Below the pieces are notes generated by a model, which saw only the letters and a program-made list of their open reading frames with translations, searched no databases and was not told where the DNA came from. DNA of 64,000 nucleotides, from the NCBI GenBank assembly GCA_050575255.1, contig JBNZDD010013729.1, positions 10,046,312 through 10,110,311 of the forward strand. Reading direction: 5' to 3'. A program made the translations under genes and the position numbers. The stretch is from Harriotta raleighana. Its lineage: Eukaryota. Below, one piece after another: positions 1-11,680 of the stretch. Each line of letters begins with the position of its first letter. The first letter of the stretch is position 1.

Positions 1-590
1 TTTGAAGTGCAGTGAATCTGCATTTTAATTTCTTAAGGGGTGAAAGTTGCAGTATAGGTCAAGGGCAATTTGATGGTTGAAATGTAAAAGTCTGTTAATG
101 TGTTGCACATTGCCTATGATTGTCACCACACAGCCAATCAGGTAAATGTTAACAGGTATATAAATGATATTTCAATAGTGTCACTGCCAATCAGTAGCTT
201 TGTGTGAAACCTAAGACAGTTGTGGCAACAATCCAACCTCATTTTGTATTGAAGTGAGACTGTGGTGTATCACATACACAAATAAGCAGCAGCTGCGTGA
301 GACACTAACTGATTAATGTCACTATTCCAGCTTTGTGCTGATATTAATCTGCTCTGTTCAAAATCCTAGTGAGGGTCTATCGTTAGCATCGAGCACATCC
401 CAGTTTGTTGGAGATACTGCTTTTCAGTCCTGGAGATGTGTTAATATGTCCTAAAATCCACTTTCTGCTGTGGTGATGAATTGTGAACCACAAAACCAAG
501 GCACATCTCAAACAGTCAGGAGAAAGTTAGATATGACCCAAACAAGTCCTTTCTTCTCTGATAATATCAGTTCTCATGCACCCAAATACT

Positions 591-662
591 GCCCTGGGGA
601 TTAAAGATCTGTTGTTCCTGATGTGAAAGGCGTTCTATAAATGTAATTTTCTTGTTGTTGTT
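591..662 (+). mobile_element. L2 LINE minimal 3' tail
   Basis: ...gatgtgaaaggcgttctataaatgtaattttcttgttgttg; same tail as the L2 3' end at 41556-41900. Confidence 0.65.
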
Positions 663-780
663 TTTCAAACAAGCCAATTAGCTTACTCATTGATGGTTTC
701 AGAATTTTAAAAAAACACAGCGAGCAACTGAAGATACATCTGAACCCTGAGCAATGCCACATTGTCGCTGAGAAGCTGAT

Positions 781-850
781 AATAATAATGATAATAATAA
801 TCCTTGCATTTGATATTGTGCTTTTCCTATTTCAAAGCACATCACAGAAT
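781..850 (-). mobile_element. tRNA-SINE 3' tail (host copy, part 1; interrupted by the SINE at 853)
   Basis: aataataatccttgcatttgatat...cacagaat is the reverse complement of the family tail. Confidence 0.8.
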
Positions 851-852
851 GT

Positions 853-1174
853 GGAGCTCTTGTGGCTTAGTGGTTAGAGCACCCACCTTACAAGCATGAG
901 ACCTGTATTCGAATCCAGGCAGATCAGGGTGAAATCTTGGGCAAGTTTCCATACTCCACACACCTAATAATAATCCCTCCAAAAAAACCACAATAATAAA
1001 ATTGGTTATTTCAATCCACGACTGTTTGTGGGGACTCTGCTGTGTGCATTTGGCTGCCGCATTCTGCCCACAAATATACAGTCAATTCACTTCACAGTAT
1101 ATTCTGTGAAGCACTTTGGGACGTCGATAAGATGTGAAAAGCGCTATATCAAATGCAAGTATTATTATTATTAT
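853..1174 (+). mobile_element. Full-length tRNA-derived SINE (SINE2-type, L2-like tail)
   Basis: A-box tggcttagtgg, B-box attcgaatcc, shared body, tail gcgctatatcaaatgcaag(att)n; many near-identical copies in the window. Confidence 0.92.
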
Positions 1175-1281
1175 AATATACTGTAAAGTGAATTGACTGT
1201 GTATTTGTGGGCCAAACGCAACAGCCAATTGCGTACAACAGTGTCCCCACAAACAGTTGCAGATTGAAATGACCAGTTTTA
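1175..1281 (-). mobile_element. tRNA-SINE body (host copy, part 2)
   Basis: aatatactgtaaagtgaattgactg... resumes the minus-strand consensus where 781-850 stops. Confidence 0.8.
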
Positions 1282-1794
1282 CAGCAAGCTCCTGTGTGTT
1301 GAGATCAGAGGAGAAGGAGGAGAAAAAGGATGACAAATACATATTTCACTCATTGCTCAATTTCATTGCTTTTCGGCGGAATGAAAACCTCAGAAGTTCA
1401 TTCCTGGAGAGAATGGTTACAGTAGAAAATAGAGGCAATAAAATCCCTCTTCATGTCACAGACTGCAATGATGTCTCGGTATTGATATTTATCCAATGTA
1501 CAGAAAAAGCCATTCCCTCACACATTCCGGGAAAAATTGCATTATTGTACAATTCAAGTTCCAATAGACTACAGCAAAAAAAAACGACATTAAATTGGTC
1601 CACTCTTCATTTCCTATTGAACATTAATGGCGCTTTCAGGAATACAGCAGCTTTTGAAAGGTCCACGCAAATTATGTGTTACATTTTCAATTTATTGGTC
1701 AGGAACTCAAAAATGTGCCACAGTTGCGTACATCACCCGAAAGTTACTTTTCCGTGTTCAACAAGAGACTTACAGGACAGGGAAACTACTGTTT

Positions 1795-1905
1795 TACCCA
1801 CAGAACATACAATCAATTCACTTCACAGTATATTCTGTGAAGTGTGTTGAGATGTCATGGAAGATGTGATAAGGCCCTGTATCAAAAAGGCAAAGAATTA
1901 TTACT
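1795..1905 (+). mobile_element. 5'-truncated tRNA-SINE (3' part)
   Basis: caattcacttcacagtatattctgtgaag...tail. Confidence 0.8.
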
Positions 1906-2001
1906 GTACATGGACCCCATTCTTTTGAGTCTAGTCCAGGTCTGATCTGGTAAACATTTTGTGTTGTCTGTCATGTTCTTTCCACAAAATGAGTTTCAAC
2001 T

Positions 2002-2138
2002 TCTGTGCACAATTGGCTGCCACGTTTCACCTACCAAATTTGCAGTCAATTCACTTTACGGTATATTCTGTAAAGCGCTTTGAGATGTCTCAAAAATCTG
2101 ATAAGGCGTTATATCAAATGCAAGGATTATTATTATTT
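2002..2138 (+). mobile_element. 5'-truncated tRNA-SINE
   Basis: tgtgcacaattggctgcc...atcaaatgcaaggattattatta. Confidence 0.85.
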
Positions 2139-2188
2139 GAATTAAACATCCTAGCCCTATTCTGAGTAGGCACAGCTATCATATCACA

Positions 2189-2387
2189 AAAGTTCGCACA
2201 ATATGGCACTGGTCAAGCAAATTGAAAGATTAGCTGACGTGGCAATTGTAAAAAGAGGCATTTGGATGGCATTTGAGTAGAGGGCTTNAAAGTTCGCACA
2301 ATATGGCACTGGCCAAGCAAATTGCAAGATTAGCTGACGTGGCAATTGTAAAAAGAGGCATTTGGATGGCATTTGAGTAGAGGGCTT
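2189..2387. repeat. 99-bp tandem duplication across a single N (2288); probable assembly artefact
   Basis: 2189-2287 vs 2289-2387, two substitutions seen. Confidence 0.85.
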
Positions 2388-2454
2388 TACTCTGTGCCTA
2401 AACTGTATCTGACTTGTTGAATGATACTGGATACTGACAGAATCATGTTTCTAG

Positions 2455-2812
2455 ATAATATAATATAATAATAATAATAATCCTTGCATTTGATATAGCA
2501 CTTTTCACATCTTATTAACGTCCTTAATAACGTCCTTATTAGCGCTTCACAGAATATACTGTAAAGTGAATTGACTGTAAATTTGTGGGTGGAACGCGGC
2601 AGCCAATTGCGCACAGCAGTGTCCCCACAAACAGTCATGGATTGAAATGACCAATTTTATTATTGTGGTTTTTGTGGAGGGATTATTATTAGGCATGTGG
2701 AGTAAGGAAACTTGCCCAAGGTTTCACCCTGATCTGCCTGGATTCGAACACAGGTCTCATGCTTGTAAGGCTTGTAAGGTGAGTGTTCTAACCACTGAGC
2801 CATAGAAGCTCC
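2455..2812 (-). mobile_element. Full-length tRNA-derived SINE
   Basis: Complete reverse complement from the (aat)n tail to the ...gagccatagaagctcc head. Confidence 0.92.
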
Positions 2813-3330
2813 ATTAGAGCTGTAGATAAATACAAGAGAAAAAAAAACTTAATATTTCTAAGGAAATCAAGTTTCATGATAAGCAGGTTTGTGTACATGA
2901 ACCTCAACAGGCTCAAAAGTCGGACATTTCGTGATCTAGTTAAACCCATCAGTTTCTCTGAGTTGCCACTGGTGCTATGTTGCCAATTAGCAAATGGTGT
3001 CATTTCTTAAGCCCTGTGTGAGTGTGCAGTTTCACCATGTTAGCATCGATAACATTCTGTTCTGCGTAGAGTAGCAGAATTCAAATATATTTTATTGTCA
3101 TCAGCCGTGTATCTGCCACACGATTAAGAGGAGAATCCAAACCAGTCGGATAGTTCCACATATATGTGTCACTAACACATGTAAATTGCCCTGTGTCTGG
3201 AATTGATAATTGCCCTCAGTCACCCCACTTCCTTCTCTGCCCTTCATGATCCCAACCCTGCCCTCCCCACCCCACCACCCCTCCGAATGCTTGCTTCCCA
3301 ACCCCTGACTTCCCAACTTCCCAACCCCAA

Positions 3331-3396
3331 TGCCTTGGGACGTCCTCCCGATGTGAAAGGCACTCTACAAATGTAATTTTGTTGCTGTTGTTGTTG
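3331..3396 (+). mobile_element. L2 LINE minimal 3' tail
   Basis: gccttgggacgtcctcccgatgtgaaaggcactctacaaatgtaattt(tgt)n. Confidence 0.75.
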
Positions 3397-6046
3397 ATGG
3401 TGGTGTACACTATTGCCCTGGAAGGCAATGCTTGGGGATCCCAAAGTGTGCTGCCTGAGTTTAGCCACCTTGCCATTGAGAGCCTTGCCTGGTAAGCTTC
3501 CCACTTATTATCCAGCTGGGGGCACCCTACCTTGTTTGGGCTTTGGCTTGCAAGGTGAACAGGAGCCAAATGGAAAGAAGCACAGAAGCACGCACAGAAA
3601 TTCTTCTGAGAAACCCAAAGTAGGTCAACATCTCATCCTTTCAGTCAACCACGCTCAGGACAAGACAAATATTCAACCACTCCCCACCCCGCGCCCCCTC
3701 CCTCTGTCTCTCAATGTGTTGGATGCCAAGCCTTGCAATGTGGCCTTAGCATCATGTTATCATCAGTGCTTTGCATTTCACCCTCAATGGGAGATTGGGC
3801 AATTTCCCAACAATCGTTTGCCCCAGGCTACTTCAGAACCAGTTCTTTCTGAACTGATTCTGAAATATCCTGCAATATAAATGGACTATAAATCATTCAT
3901 CTGATATGCAGAAAGAGAATAGATAGCCAGTGGGTTAATGGCCTGATCTGATATTTATATTACGAGTGGACCTGAATGGATAAAACATAAATGATGAAGT
4001 TGTGAGCATGTTACGATGTCAAGTCCATGAGTTGGATAAGGATCAAATTGCAAAAAGGCTTCAGGGCTACTTTGAACATACTTTCACAGAAAGCATTAGC
4101 TAAATGTCAGCACTTTTTGTCACCGAGTATGTATGGTATAACATACAGTACAAAAGTAGCAAACAAATGTATTGGCCACACAGCACAATGCAAAATGAAG
4201 ATTCATTCCTCTTGACCCGCTTGGTTCATTGTAATTATGATCAAGGTTGATTCTTCCGCGAAGATCAATGTTTCATCATCAAGAACCTAATGCTGAATTA
4301 TATGTTTATACTGTTAACAAATACCGTCAGTAGATCAGAGGGAATGGCAGAGGATTAATATTTCCTGCTCAGGCGAGGTTGGAGCGATGGAATTCATTTC
4401 ACAGAACTGGCTGATTTCATTAATAATAGAGAGCCTGAAACAGAAGAATCTCTTCTCCTGCCATTTTGTCATTGTCAATTTGCGAGAACTGAATAATAAT
4501 AAAACCATTAGGTAATAAAACTGTACAAAAGACATTAAAAAGTGGGACTTTTCCACAATATAGTGATCATCCTAGTTCTGCCTGACATTAGGTTTTTTCT
4601 TCATTTGCAAACTCCCAGTGGCACTAAACTCACCAGTTTGCAAATTAGTCTACTCTGCAACCTAATAAACTAGAGAGGCTGCAATAAAACTACTGTAACA
4701 TTAAGCATAAGAGACCTGACCGGAATGACCTGTGAGAGCAGCCATGCAATTTCCCCAGTTAAGCCTTTCTTATTCCCTCATTTGTTTCATTTCAGAAGAT
4801 CTTTTTTTTCCCTTATTGTCGCCTTTCTCTTCTGTACGAATGATGGCATTGTCCTAATGAATTGCCTATTTTGAGAAATGAGTTTTTTTCCCCAATATTT
4901 AGTCTTTAGGGTGCTGAATACATTAGATGCATCAAGAAAGGAAGTATTTCAAATTCAAGATGCTTCAGGTAAATCAGTATCACAAATAAACACTTCAAAT
5001 TCTAACTTACAACATATTTTAAACCACTTTTCTCTAATCTTGGCTCAATCGTTCCTTCTGTTTCTAAATATGAATAGGATTCCACTTAAATGTCATCATC
5101 TGCTTTAAAAATCTCTATCCAGTTTTTAAATTCCTTTTACTGACAGGGTTATGTATTTTTAAAGTAAATTATAGTAATGAGCCATGATCCAATTAGATTT
5201 ATTTTTCACAAGACTGAAGGAGTCAAAAGTGTGGTTTCATCCCAAAGCAGAGGGGAAGGCTTTGCAATTACAGTGCACACTGGATATTAAAACGTTTATT
5301 AACATTGTGACTTCTGGAAAGCTTTCACATCACTTTGGAGACTGATAATGAAGAAGCAATCAGAATGTCTCTCAAAAAAAAGAGAAAACAGTTCCCTGGC
5401 AATGAATAATTCTCCTGGTAATGATGTAAGCCTCAAAGAAACAACAGTAAGATAATTCCCAGAATAATGCAACGCATTTTGATTCCCATTCCGCCCAATG
5501 AACTTTAACTAGAAAATGAGGGTGATCCAAGTCTCGTCTATCGTTGATGACACTGAACTACATTTAGTTGGTGGATTGTGATTGGAACATGGCCACCCAA
5601 ACAGGACCATTTTGACCTTTTCTGGAGTGGAAGTCACTATAAAGATGTTCTTTATCTCTATGTTATAACAATACAACTTGGCATTTCAGAAATATCATTT
5701 CACAGCCAAATCTCTGAAAGAACAAGTGAGTCTTTGCATTACAAGTAGCCAGCACGGAGAGGAGATTTTCACAAACCTATCAGGTTAAACCGGGGTTATC
5801 GCAAATTGTCACTCAAATCTCAGTTAAGCTTTCAACCTGAAAAAGACAGGATTGCAATTTGATTTGTACTATAGCTTCTACATCACGGCTTAGTTCTAGT
5901 CATGGAGCTAATTATATTTGCTCTGTGGTTCCTTAGCTTTCTCTCAATATTTGTCAATATTACGAAAGAAACTTAATCAAAGCTAAGAACAGACAATCAT
6001 GTTTCAACCGCAGCTCCATATCTCAGGATTGTATTGTCATTACGAG

Positions 6047-6285
6047 GTGTCAGTCTGGCTCAGTTGTCAACTCTCTTACCTCTGATTTGGAAGGTTTGTG
6101 GATTCAAACCCTACTTCAGGATTGGGAGCTCAAAGTCTAGGCTGAGCTGCCAATGTAATACTGGAGGAGAGCTGCATTGTCCAAGGTGAGACATAAACAC
6201 GAGGGTCCCACCTGCCTGTTCAGGTGGACATTAAAGATGCCGTGGCCTACACAAAAAGAGGGGGGAGTTTCCTGCGTGCTGCAGG
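6047..6285 (+). mobile_element. Old Deu-domain tRNA SINE (SacSINE1/AmnSINE1-like), 5' part
   Basis: Head gtgtcagtctggctcagttg and Deu core gagacataaacacgagggtcccacctgcctgttcaggtggacattaaagatgccgtggc; family recognised from recalled consensus. Confidence 0.7.
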
Positions 6286-6754
6286 TTCTCACCAAACTGA
6301 ATTCAGAAGAATAGGGCTGATATTCAGACCATTAAAGGGCCATCTTTTCAGAATACCCACTTCCATCGTAGTATTCAGGTGTTTGTTAAATATGCCCAAC
6401 AGCCTGGCCTCAATGATACTTCCTGAGTAGCCTGTTGCAGTGATTAATTACTACGTAAAGAACTACTTCCAGGTGTCTTTCTTTTTGCTGTTCTGAATCT
6501 ATGCCCTCTTGCTCTGTTACACTGTCCTTTTCCAATAGTATTGTTCTGACTTCAATCTCTCAATCGTATCTAAAATCTGTTAGATTTCTACAAGATCCTC
6601 AAAGATGATTCTTTTCAAGTATTTGTGGGGACTTGCTGACTAAGATTAGTTTGCTTAGCTAATGGTAATCTCCACTGCAAAATTTGGAAAGTTTTGACAT
6701 GATCTGGTGCTATGTATAAATCCAAGAAATATTATTTAAAATAAATTAGAATAA

Positions 6755-6930
6755 ATCACCTTCAAGGCCCTCCATGGCCTTGCCCCCTACTTCCTCTCCG
6801 ACCTGCTCACTCACCCCTTTTCAAACTGTCCGCTCCCTCTACTCAATGGCTCTGCCATACCTCAAGTCACCTGCCCGGTCCACTCCACCATTGGCAGTCG
6901 GGTTTTCAGCTTCTGAGCGCCCAACCTGAA
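6755..6930 (+). mobile_element. L2 LINE ORF2 C-terminal fragment (degenerate)
   Basis: Translates, with frameshifts, to ITFKALHGLAP..SDLL...STIGSRVFSF. Confidence 0.75.
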
Positions 6931-7084
6931 TTGACCCTGTTTGCATTTTCCATTTATATTTCAGATTTAAAGCCTCCAAATTTATTGTTTTTGGTCTAAT
7001 GAACAAAATGTTCTATGCAGCCAAGTGCAAATTGTGCAATTACATTTTTGTGATGTAATGTGAATCATATTATCTATCCACAAA

Positions 7085-7323
7085 AACGTTTATTGGATAG
7101 ATTTGAGTGATAAAATGGTAAAATGGGCAGACACATGGCAGATGAAGTTTAATACAGAGAAGTGTGAGTTGATACATTTTGGGAGAAGAAATGAAGGGAG
7201 GCAATATAGGCTAGATAGTACAATTTTAAGGGGTGTGAAGGAACAGAGAGACCTGGGATTTGTATTAGTGACTCTTTGAAGGTGGTAGGATAGGTAGACA
7301 AAGATGTTAAGAAGGCATATGGG
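7085..7323 (+). mobile_element. CR1 LINE ORF2 fragment (post-RT region)
   Basis: Translates WADTWQMKFNTEKCELIHFGRRNEGRQYRLDSTILRGVKEQRDLG, typical of CR1. Confidence 0.88.
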
Positions 7324-8070
7324 CCTCGGGTGGCTGGTCCCACGCGCATGCGCATTTATGACGAGGCCGGCAGATCCTGACTAAAGCCGAAGCCCCACTT
7401 GCAATGCATTCTGGGTAAATAGAATAATACTTTGGCCTTGGAGAATTTTATTATGTTGCATGGTAAACATAAGAGACAGAGAGAGACGGGAATCGTACAG
7501 CAATGTAAATTAATCTACCCTGTTTTATTGCTTTTGTTATTGCTTTAATGCTTTGTGATTACTTTATTATAGCAATAAAGTGATAACAAAGCCACTGTAA
7601 CCTTTCTGTGTCTCCCGTCACCAGCACTCTGCCCTCCGAGCAGTTCGCTGCCCCCCAAGGGCCCCCCCCCCCTCCAACCCCACCTCCGACCAGCTCTCTC
7701 CCCCGCACTTCCTCAAGTCCCCCCACACCTCCGAGCGGTTCTCTGTTTCCTCCCCCCTGCCTCCCTCTGCCTCCCTCCCGGGCTGCCCTGATTTGCCCAC
7801 TTCCTGGGTGGTAGGAGAGATGAGAGTAGGAAGAGTGGGGTGGGGGGATGGAGGAACAAGAGCGGGGAGAGGCGATCGAAGCGAGGAGTGGGACAGCCAG
7901 CTATAGCCCCCTCATTAGATACCTTGCATTAGATGTGCTGGAGGCTTGAGGTGGGTAGTCTACGACTGAATTCCCCTAACCCTCCTTTCCCCATTACTTC
8001 TTAAGCTTCTCCAATGTGATTTCGTTGAGTGCGAGTTTTCCAGGAATGTAACCCCTGCGATCGATGAGGG
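7324..8070 (+). mobile_element. Left-truncated piggyBac-type non-autonomous DNA transposon
   Basis: Colinear with 40683-41510; ends tcgatgaggg followed by TTAA (8071-8074). Confidence 0.8.
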
Positions 8071-8931
8071 TTAACTTATATATATATATGCACATGCAAC
8101 AATGTAAAACAAAATTTTAAATGTTATCTTATCTCTTATCTCTGGCCTGTTCTGGATATTTCTTTATTTCTGTTTGGTTTTCTCTTTAATGTAGTTACAT
8201 CAGAAAAAAAACAATTGACATTTCTGTTCTCTCAAAGCTTTGCTGCATTAAAAGGCTCTGCTGAGATATGACTGAATTATTCATCCTCTGCCCCACATTT
8301 ATTATACATCTATGATTCTTAGATTTCCTCTCCAACAACTCAGTGTAAGATGACACAGGGAAAGAGCGCGAGTGAAACATACCATTTGAACAGCCTGACA
8401 GATCTCACAAGCCTGTGCAGTTCGGGTTCCACAAAATGGTAGAATCAAGTTGAAATGAGGAGTTGATGTCAATTTCATTCCAATCGGATGATCTTGTTCT
8501 ACTGCAACCTAAAATGTTGTGCATTGAGCAGTGCCTTGTAGTTGAAGGATAGGAATATACATGTTCCAATTACAAGGTACAGAGGGCAAGTAATCACTAG
8601 AATGAGTTGCCAGGTCACGGCCAAGACGCGGAAACCTGTTTAAGAAATGGTCCAAAGTTGAATTGGGGAGTGTATTCTCAAAGGCAAGCTCAAATAGGAT
8701 CAAGGACCTTCTTCCTAAAAACCCTCTTGTAATTATTTTCTTCCATAGGCAATAACCAGATGAGGAGACGTATCCTACGTGTTCTATATTTGCCTTTCCG
8801 AATCCCAGAGGGTTGCAGATATCAGCAAAGTGGAGCTGGAAAAGGTCACCAAGCTAACATTTGACCCTGAACATAAACTGCCCTGTTGCAAATAATAAGA
8901 CAAAGAAAGTCTTCGTCAAGGCGAGCTTCGT

Positions 8932-9255
8932 GGAGCTCCTGTGGCTCAGTGGTTAGAGCACTCGCCTTACATGCCTTACAAGCATGAGACCTGTGTTCGA
9001 ATCCAGGGAGATCGGGGCGAAACCTTGGGCAAGTTTCCTTACTCCACATGCCTAATAATAATCCCTCCAAAAAAAAACTACAATAATAAAATTGGTCATT
9101 TCAATCTATGACTGTTTGTGCTGTGCGCAATTGGCTGCCGCGTTCCGCCGACAAATATACAGTCAATTCACTTTACAGTATATTCTGTGAAGCGCTTTGG
9201 GACGTTGATAAGATGTGAAAAGCGCTATATCAAATGCAAGGATTATTATTATTAT
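8932..9255 (+). mobile_element. Full-length tRNA-derived SINE
   Basis: A-box tggctcagtgg, B-box gttcgaatcc, complete body and (att)n tail. Confidence 0.93.
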
Positions 9256-10240
9256 GACCTATTCAATGGGCAGTGCAATATGGAAATTGGTTAAGCCAAC
9301 ACCGGGGGTAAAAAAGCCACTGTGGAGAACATTGTATCCTTGGTTCCAATGATTACAATCACTTGATTATGCAACAGTTAATCAAGTCAGTGCATGAATT
9401 CACTGATGAGTACTTTTCAAAGTGAGTGTTAATGTTGGCTGAAGCCCCACTATATGTTACCAAATGTGCATTGTAGATCTCGTGCCAGGACGTGTGAAGT
9501 TACTAATGACAATGACTGAAGGCGTCCTACACATTTATTCTCGCGCTGTTCTCATTTGAAAAAGCAGAAACAAACCTACGCATTGAAAAAGTTTTTCACC
9601 ATAGCAGATATAGCAATCCGCTTGCATCCAACATGGAAGACTAAATCTTTCACAGCAGTCTGTGTCTGGCACTTAATGTGTTTTGTCGTTGCTGCTTTAT
9701 TATTGATTTGATTTCCACTATAACTTTATGCATCTTGCCTTTATTGTAATAGCATTGCATCAGCGATTTGATCTAAAATTTCGAACTGAGCAACAACATA
9801 AATCATGGAGTGAATCATTTTTGTGGTGAAATTATCATAACTGTCCAAAACTTTGTAATTTTTTTTCTTGAGATTATTTGTTTAAAACTTGCTTTCTTTA
9901 TGTGACAGTGACTCTGTGTGACCGTTCCCCGGCATTTCATCAGTATGGTGTCTGTGTGGTATGTGTGGTGGTTGGCGGGTGGTATGGGGGGAAGAGAGAA
10001 GAGGAACTCAGAAATAAGCATTAATGTGTCAATTGAATGACCAGCAGCAGAATTTGATTAATGTTTTATTGACACATGGCATGACCTGCAGACTAGTGGG
10101 TATTGCTGCTGAAACCATCACCACTGTGCTGACACAGAACCACCAAAGGCACAAACAAATCAAAGTGAGACTCACTGGACACAGTTTCCCAATGGCTGTC
10201 ATGTCATTTTCTCTCTGTTGTCAAGAGGAGAGAAAGAGAA

Positions 10241-10268
10241 TGTGTCTGTGTGTGTGTGTGTGTGTGTA
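10241..10268. repeat. (TG)n microsatellite
   Basis: Direct reading. Confidence 0.85.
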
Positions 10269-11143
10269 TCTGTGACTAGGGTTGGGGGTATTGTGGGGGG
10301 TGGTTGTTGGGTTGGGGCTGGAAGAAAGAAGACTTTGACAGTCTCCAGTTGCATTCAGCTTGAATACATATCAGATAGGGGGTTGAATTGTGGAACTGAA
10401 TATTTATTCAACGTTGTCAATCTCTGCTTCTCAGCCCCCACCACCCACCCTCCATTAGTGAGCGATGTCACGGCAGTGCACTGTGCATTGGCCTTGAATC
10501 CTACCAGACAGAAAGCAACAAAAATCCCCCCTTTGCCATGATCAACCACAGATGAATCGAGCTACTGAGAGCGTGAAATCGCTGTAGAAAAGAAAAACAC
10601 GAGTCCTAGGGCAAGATTTTGCTATTTTTGTGTATTATTTTTTAAGTCCAACACCAACACCAATTCAAACACGTTTGTTCCATGGTGGGAAGGGAAACAA
10701 AATTGTATTTGACAAATGCAATGCAATCAGGCCACACTAAAGTGTTCATGGACTGATATAATTGCATTTCAACTTTTCAGAATATTTCAAAGACGCTGAG
10801 CCAAAATGATGCTTCTTAACCAAACAGGAAAAATCTAACCTAACAGGGACATTCTCTCCTTGGTTACTGCAGGAATTTTTAGTCATTTTTTTGAGGGGGG
10901 CGGGAAAAAAAGGAAACAAGCAAAATGAATACCATTCCCTTCAAATAAATCAATACAAAACATCAAGGGTTCCATCAACTGCTAACATAGCAGCAATTCC
11001 GCAACGCTTTCCAGGTAATAGCCACACAGCTAAAAACATTGTGGGCCACAGATTTTTATTCTGAAATGTAATTGATGCATCTAGTTAATACTTTCCCATC
11101 TCTTCCATTGTAGCGAAATACAGACTTTTCTTACGTTTGGAGC

Positions 11144-11462
11144 ATAATAATAGTAATAATAATCCTTGTTTTGATATAGTGCATTATCACATCTTCTAGA
11201 TATTTCAAAGCACTTCGCAGAATATGTTCTAAAATGAAGTGACTGCATATTTGTGGGCGAAACACAGCAGCCTAGTGTGCACAGCACTGTCCCACAAACA
11301 GTCATAGGTTGAAAAATAACCGATTTATTGTTTTTTATCTTGAGGAATTATTATTAGGCATGTGGAGTAAGGAAACTTGCCCAAGGTTTGGCCCTGCCGG
11401 GAATCAAACCCAGGTCTCTCGCTTGTAAGGTGTAGGCTCTAATCACTGAGCTACAGAGCTCC
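11144..11462 (-). mobile_element. Full-length tRNA-derived SINE (variant without the agatc segment)
   Basis: Complete reverse-complement match to the family. Confidence 0.9.
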
Positions 11463-11499
11463 AATAGCAACAATGGCATGAACATGACCTAACATGGAG

Positions 11500-11680
11500 T
11501 GTTCCAGATTATGAGTTCAACCACCAATGATAGGTTTTGAGCTCAAAGTTTAGATTTATGCATCGTTAAATGTGCAAGTTGTCAGATGAGACATTGAACT
11601 CAAGCTCCCATCTGTCTCTCCAGGTGAGTGTTAAAGATTCTAGGACACATTTGAAAAGGGGGGAATTTATCCACTTTTGT
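11500..11680 (+). mobile_element. Old Deu-domain SINE fragment
   Basis: agatgagacattgaactcaagctcccatctgtctctccaggtgagtgttaaagattc resembles 6185-6245 and the Deu core. Confidence 0.55.

Noticed and set aside
853-925. tRNA gene calls at SINE heads
   Set aside because: No proper acceptor stem, and the heads continue into the SINE body; they are tRNA-derived promoters, not tRNA genes
1257-1850. Longest listed ORF (197 aa)
   Set aside because: Starts and ends inside SINE sequence, has no recognisable domain and an atypical composition; chance ORF
2189-2387. CRISPR-like or satellite interpretation of the short tandem repeats
   Set aside because: Only two units, joined by an N, with no spacers; eukaryotic context; best explained as a contig overlap
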